Shown: positions 59,900-64,000 of the stretch, in pieces | Numbering within the stretch: position 1 is the first letter of the stretch | How the letters are laid out: every line of letters begins with the position of its first letter | Source: Octopus bimaculoides | Lineage: Eukaryota | DNA length: 64,000 nucleotides | Assembly: GCF_001194135.2 (NCBI RefSeq) | Contig: NC_069003.1 | Location: 5,699,585 to 5,763,584, forward strand | Direction of reading: 5' to 3' | Notes under the pieces: generated by a model | Databases searched by the model: none | The model's input: the letters and a program-made list of their open reading frames with translations, nothing else | Told to the model about the DNA's origin: nothing | Program-made: the position numbers and the translations under genes

Positions 59900-60370
59900 T
59901 TCACTGTTCACATGTAGTTGATATTTCACTTGCTGTTCACAGTTTACTGGAATGTAAACAGTAGATTAACTGTAAATAGTTTGTTGACTATGAACCTCAC
60001 ACACAGTTTATAGTGAACAAACCATTCACTATTCACAAGCTGTTTACTGTTCATACACTGCTCATTGTTCATATTCTCCACGTTGTTCACACACAGTTCT
60101 TAATCAACACACTGTTCACTCTTCACACATTGTTTACTATTCACACACAGCTTACTGTTCATTGTTCACATTTGACATACTGCTCACTATTCACATGTTC
60201 CTTACTTGCTCTTCATACATGGCTCACTGCTCACACATTGTTCACTGCTCACACATTGTTCACTGTTTACAGTTGATGACACACTGTTCACATATAATTT
60301 GCTGTTCCCATACCATTCACATACAATGTATGGTTCATATGTTACATACCATAGTAACATTTAACACTTA
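59900..60370. repeat. Degenerate minisatellite of about 18 bp (consensus near CACACATTGTTCACTGCT)
   Basis: Recurrent TGTTCAC/TTCACAC units; translates as repeated TLFTVH-like words. Confidence 0.8.
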
Positions 60371-61311
60371 GTTACTGATTTCACTGACATTGAATACTTT
60401 GGTGAGTCTCAGGACCATAATAGAAGATGCTTGCCTAAGATGCCATGCAATGAGACCGAACTCAAAACTGCATGATCGACAGGTAAACATCTTAACCACA
60501 CAGCCCTATCAGTTCTACAGACAGTGGTCTCATTATATGATAATTAAATATTTCTGAACTTAGTCCTCAGTCCCATTCACAGAATTTTTTTTTTTTTTTT
60601 TTTTGCTTTGGTAAGAATTTTTATATAATTATATATCAAAGTTAGTGAAACTCATTTACAGTATTACTGTATTTTGGTAATCTTTTATGGAATCTACTTC
60701 GTCATTTCTAATTACATTTTTAGCATTTTCTTCTGCACTTTTATAGAACCATAAAGATAAAAAAAAAATTTTTTTAATAAATAAATAAGGAAAAAATAAG
60801 CAACACAAAGAATTAACCCTTTCTTTTTTTATCTTTTTAAAGTTATATTTTGAGCACAGTAATTTATAAATTCCGTCCCGAATTCATACATTTTCTGCCG
60901 TTTTACTGTTTTAAATCACATTTCCACTAACTCGATTAAGTACATTTGTATCTTTCCTGAAAATTAACAATGCTCTCAGAACTTGGATAAATGTTCTTCA
61001 TTCTTTATTCTTTATTCTTTGGTCCACCAAAGCATTAACAACAAATGTCACAGAGTTATAATATCCAAGAAAGGTAGAATTTATTTTGGATCGATATTAT
61101 AAAAAGGAAAACTTAAAAGTAAAATTATGTATTAAAGTATTAAGTAGTTATTTTAATCTGATTTTATAAAGAAAAATAGTTCCTTTTTGTTTGTTTCTTC
61201 TTAATGTTAGCTAGGGCCTATTTGACTGCATTAAAATGTAGAAAGGTCCCTTCTATTGGTATTAACAATTTTCCATGTCAACCTAATGTTGGCGTAGTAA
61301 TCTAGTAATTC

Positions 61312-61580
61312 TCTGTCTCTTTTCTCTCTGTTCCTCTCTCTCTCTTTTCTCTCTGTTCCTCTCTATCTCTTCTCTGTCCCTCTCCATCTCTCTGTCCTCT
61401 CCATCTCTTCCTTCTGTCTCTCACCATCTCTTCTCTCTGTCTCTCACCATCTTCTCTCTGTCTCTCACCATCTCTTCTCTCTGTCTCTCTCTCTCTCCAT
61501 CTCTTCGCTCTGTCTCTCTCCATCTCTTCTCTCTGTCTCACTCCATCTCTGTCTCTCTCTAGTCTCTCTATGTCTCTCTT
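61312..61580. repeat. Polypyrimidine compound repeat with 23-bp higher-order unit CTCTCACCATCTCTTCTCTCTGT
   Basis: Three near-identical 23-mers at about 61418-61486 within (CT)n/(CTGT)n. Confidence 0.85.
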
Positions 61581-61764
61581 GTCAAATGCTATCTACTGAT
61601 TTGTTGTACCAACCTAAATGGATTAAGAAATCTTTCTGTCAGTCGTTGGAATATTTTCAGTTTGCCATAAATGAATTTAAGTCTGGATGTTACTCAGGAA
61701 TACAGCACAGGCAGACATAAAGACCTAGACTTCAGTTGTGTAATGATGCTAATAATAGTAATGC

Positions 61765-62975
61765 TTTCAAATTTTGGCACAGGGCCAGGAAGTTTGGGGT
61801 GGGAATTATGTCAATTGCATCAACCCCAGTGTTCAACTGGTACTTATTTTATTGACCCTGAAAGGATGAAAGGTAAAGTCGACCTTGGTGGAAATTGAAC
61901 TCGGAATGTAGTGACGGGCAAAATACCACTAAACATTTCATCCAGCATGATAATGGTTCTGCTAGCTCACCACCTTGATATAAATAATAATAATAATAAT
62001 AATAATAATGGTTTCAAATTTTGCTACAAGGGCAGCAATTTTGGGGGAGGGGACTTGTTGATTACATTGACCCCTCTGTTTGATTTCTTAAGGAGATACA
62101 AGACCAGAAATTTTGTGGTTGGAGTATGCTGTGGTGAAACAGTATCCCTCAATACATAACTAGTACTTCAGTCTTTAAAACTCTTATTATTTTTATTCTG
62201 CTACAACTTAGAACTGTGGTGTAGTGTTTTCCCACAGGGAGTGACATGGAGACATCTTTGGATTTAATACTATATAATTATAAATAATTATAATAATACT
62301 ATACAATAGTAAATAATTATGATAATATATTTGTGTAAAAATCATATTCAGCATGTTCAGGTGCACTTGGATGTAAGAAAGCCTGCTGCTGCAAAGCTAG
62401 TCCTGAGAGAAAATTATTTTTTTAGGTATGTGTAATAGTACAAGATTGGGTTGTGGATGACATCATTGGATTATACTACGCCTGTATTTCCATGTTGTTT
62501 GCATTTCTTCGGCTATGAAGCCCAAATCTATCAGTCACAGCTTGGTAAGAATGAAATAATTGTTCTTGAAATAGCATATGAAACGTATGCTGATGTGTTT
62601 GTTATAATAATACCATATAAACATGGTTTCAAATTTTGACAGAAGGCCAGTAATTTTAGAGGAGAACATTAGTTGATTACAGCAGCCCCAGTTAAGTATT
62701 TTGTCCAGTGTGTTATCAATTCTGCTGGTTCACTACCATAATTATAATAATAATAAGGATTGTTTCAAATTTTGTCATAAAGCCATCAAATTAGGGAAGG
62801 TTGTTTGTCAATTACATCGGACCTCATACTTGACTGGTACTTTATTCTTATTGACCCTGAAAGGATAAAAAGCAAAGTTGACATTGATGAGATTTGAACT
62901 CAGAGCATTAAGAGCCACAAGAAATACTACTATACATTTTGTCTGATGTGCTAACAATTCTACCAGCTCGCCTAT
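61765..62975 (-). mobile_element. Cluster of type A SINEs and fragments beside (ATA)n tracts
   Basis: Copies at about 61765-61975, 62008-62075, 62610-62735 and 62755-62975; (ATA)n at 61983-62008 and 62740-62756. Confidence 0.8.
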
Positions 62976-63194
62976 ACAGCCCTGAAACTCTCTTGTCTCT
63001 CTAATTGCTCTCTGTTTGTTTTGGTACCACACCAAAAGGATTTTCACCAGTTTTACAGAAATCTGCTTTCTCTCCACTTTGCAACAACTATAGTTCTGTT
63101 TTGCAGTCACTGGCTTAATGGTCATACTGGAGCAGTACTGTCAATATGTGATTTTCAATTGCTAAGATCAGTCATGAAGCAGCATTTCTAATTT

Positions 63195-64000
63195 GAGTCA
63201 TCATCATCATTATTTAACGTTCATGTTCCATGCTGGCATGGGTTGGACAGTTCAACAGGAACTGGCTCATTCAGGGACTGCATCATGCCCCACTCTCCAC
63301 TTTGGCATGGTTTCTATGACTGGCTGCCCTTCCTAATGCTAACCACTTTACAACATGTACTCTGTGCTTTTTTCATGCCACCAGGGCTCGTGCAGTTGCC
63401 ATGCATCTTGCAAGACTACAAACCCTGGGAAAGGCAACTTATGCTAGAAGAGGGGTTAAAGTATGAGAGAAAGTACCAGAGCAGAACAATTTTCTTGTTT
63501 TGGAGGGGCCACATAGCTACTTGCATTTTAGCCATTATCATATCTGACCCAAATATTCTACCAATTTTGTGTGAAAGCTAACCATCACCAGTCATCGTGG
63601 TCCTTTGTCATCTCCAAGAGATTCAAGATCCTGAAATCAGCGTTCATCACTCCATCTCATGTCTTCCTGGGTCCCCCTTTTCTGCGACCCCAATCCACGT
63701 TAAATGATGAGCTCTTCTTTATACAGCTGTCCTCGTTCATAAACATCACATGTCCATGCCAGCACAGTCTTCTTTCTTTCTTGCACACGACCTCCATTAA
63801 CTCTTGGATTTTCTTGAGAACTGCATATTGCCAGTCATCTCAGTCCCTTGACATCTCCACTGAGTGTTCAACCTTCACTTTGTCCCATGTCTCTTCGGGT
63901 CCCCCCATCTGCAAGCTCCTTCATTAAATGATGAGCCCTTTATACAGCTGTCCTCATCCATACATGTCACATGCCCATACTCGTGCATATGACATCTGAT
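63195..64000 (-). mobile_element. RTE LINE 3' fragments with family C tail, decayed, partly duplicated
   Basis: Minus strand RRLCWHGHVMFMNEDSCIKKS...GPRKT*DGVMNADFR..MTKDHDDW at 63590-63800. A second GHVTCMDEDSCIK fragment at 63925-63980; tail at 63195-63400. Confidence 0.8.

Noticed and set aside
62361-62425. Exon-like units CAG|GTGCACTTGGAT|GTAAGA and ...TTTAG|GTATGT
   Set aside because: The acceptor lacks a pyrimidine tract and there is no supporting context.

Overview
AT-rich, microsatellite-dense eukaryotic DNA from a draft assembly with seven N-gaps. The repeat repertoire suggests a cephalopod, probably Octopus (inference, not verified). No complete protein-coding gene, rRNA, tRNA gene or CRISPR array is supported, and nearly all long ORFs are microsatellite, gap or antisense artefacts. 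The window is mostly intronic or intergenic DNA filled with transposon fossils. These include at least three tRNA-derived SINE types (about 60 full or partial copies by eye) and 3' ends of RTE LINEs whose 3'UTR is the commonest dispersed tail. There are also remnants of R4/Dong-like and L1/Tx1-like LINEs, dead mariner and DD37D/maT transposase pieces, and Tc1/mariner, hAT and piggyBac-type MITEs. The main observations are four. (i) One SINE type repeatedly sits in (TAT)n/(ATA)n microsatellites and forms arrays, with R4/Dong-like LINE remnants in the same window as a possible partner. (ii) A modular SINE uses one head, an internal microsatellite and at least two different tails. (iii) A few short exon candidates suggest a hidden multi-exon gene, the best at 40341-40399 (+). 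(iv) Two diverged copies of an unexplained segment lie 20 kb apart with codon-like divergence. All family names come from motif recognition by eye, coordinates of decayed copies are approximate, and no database search was possible.
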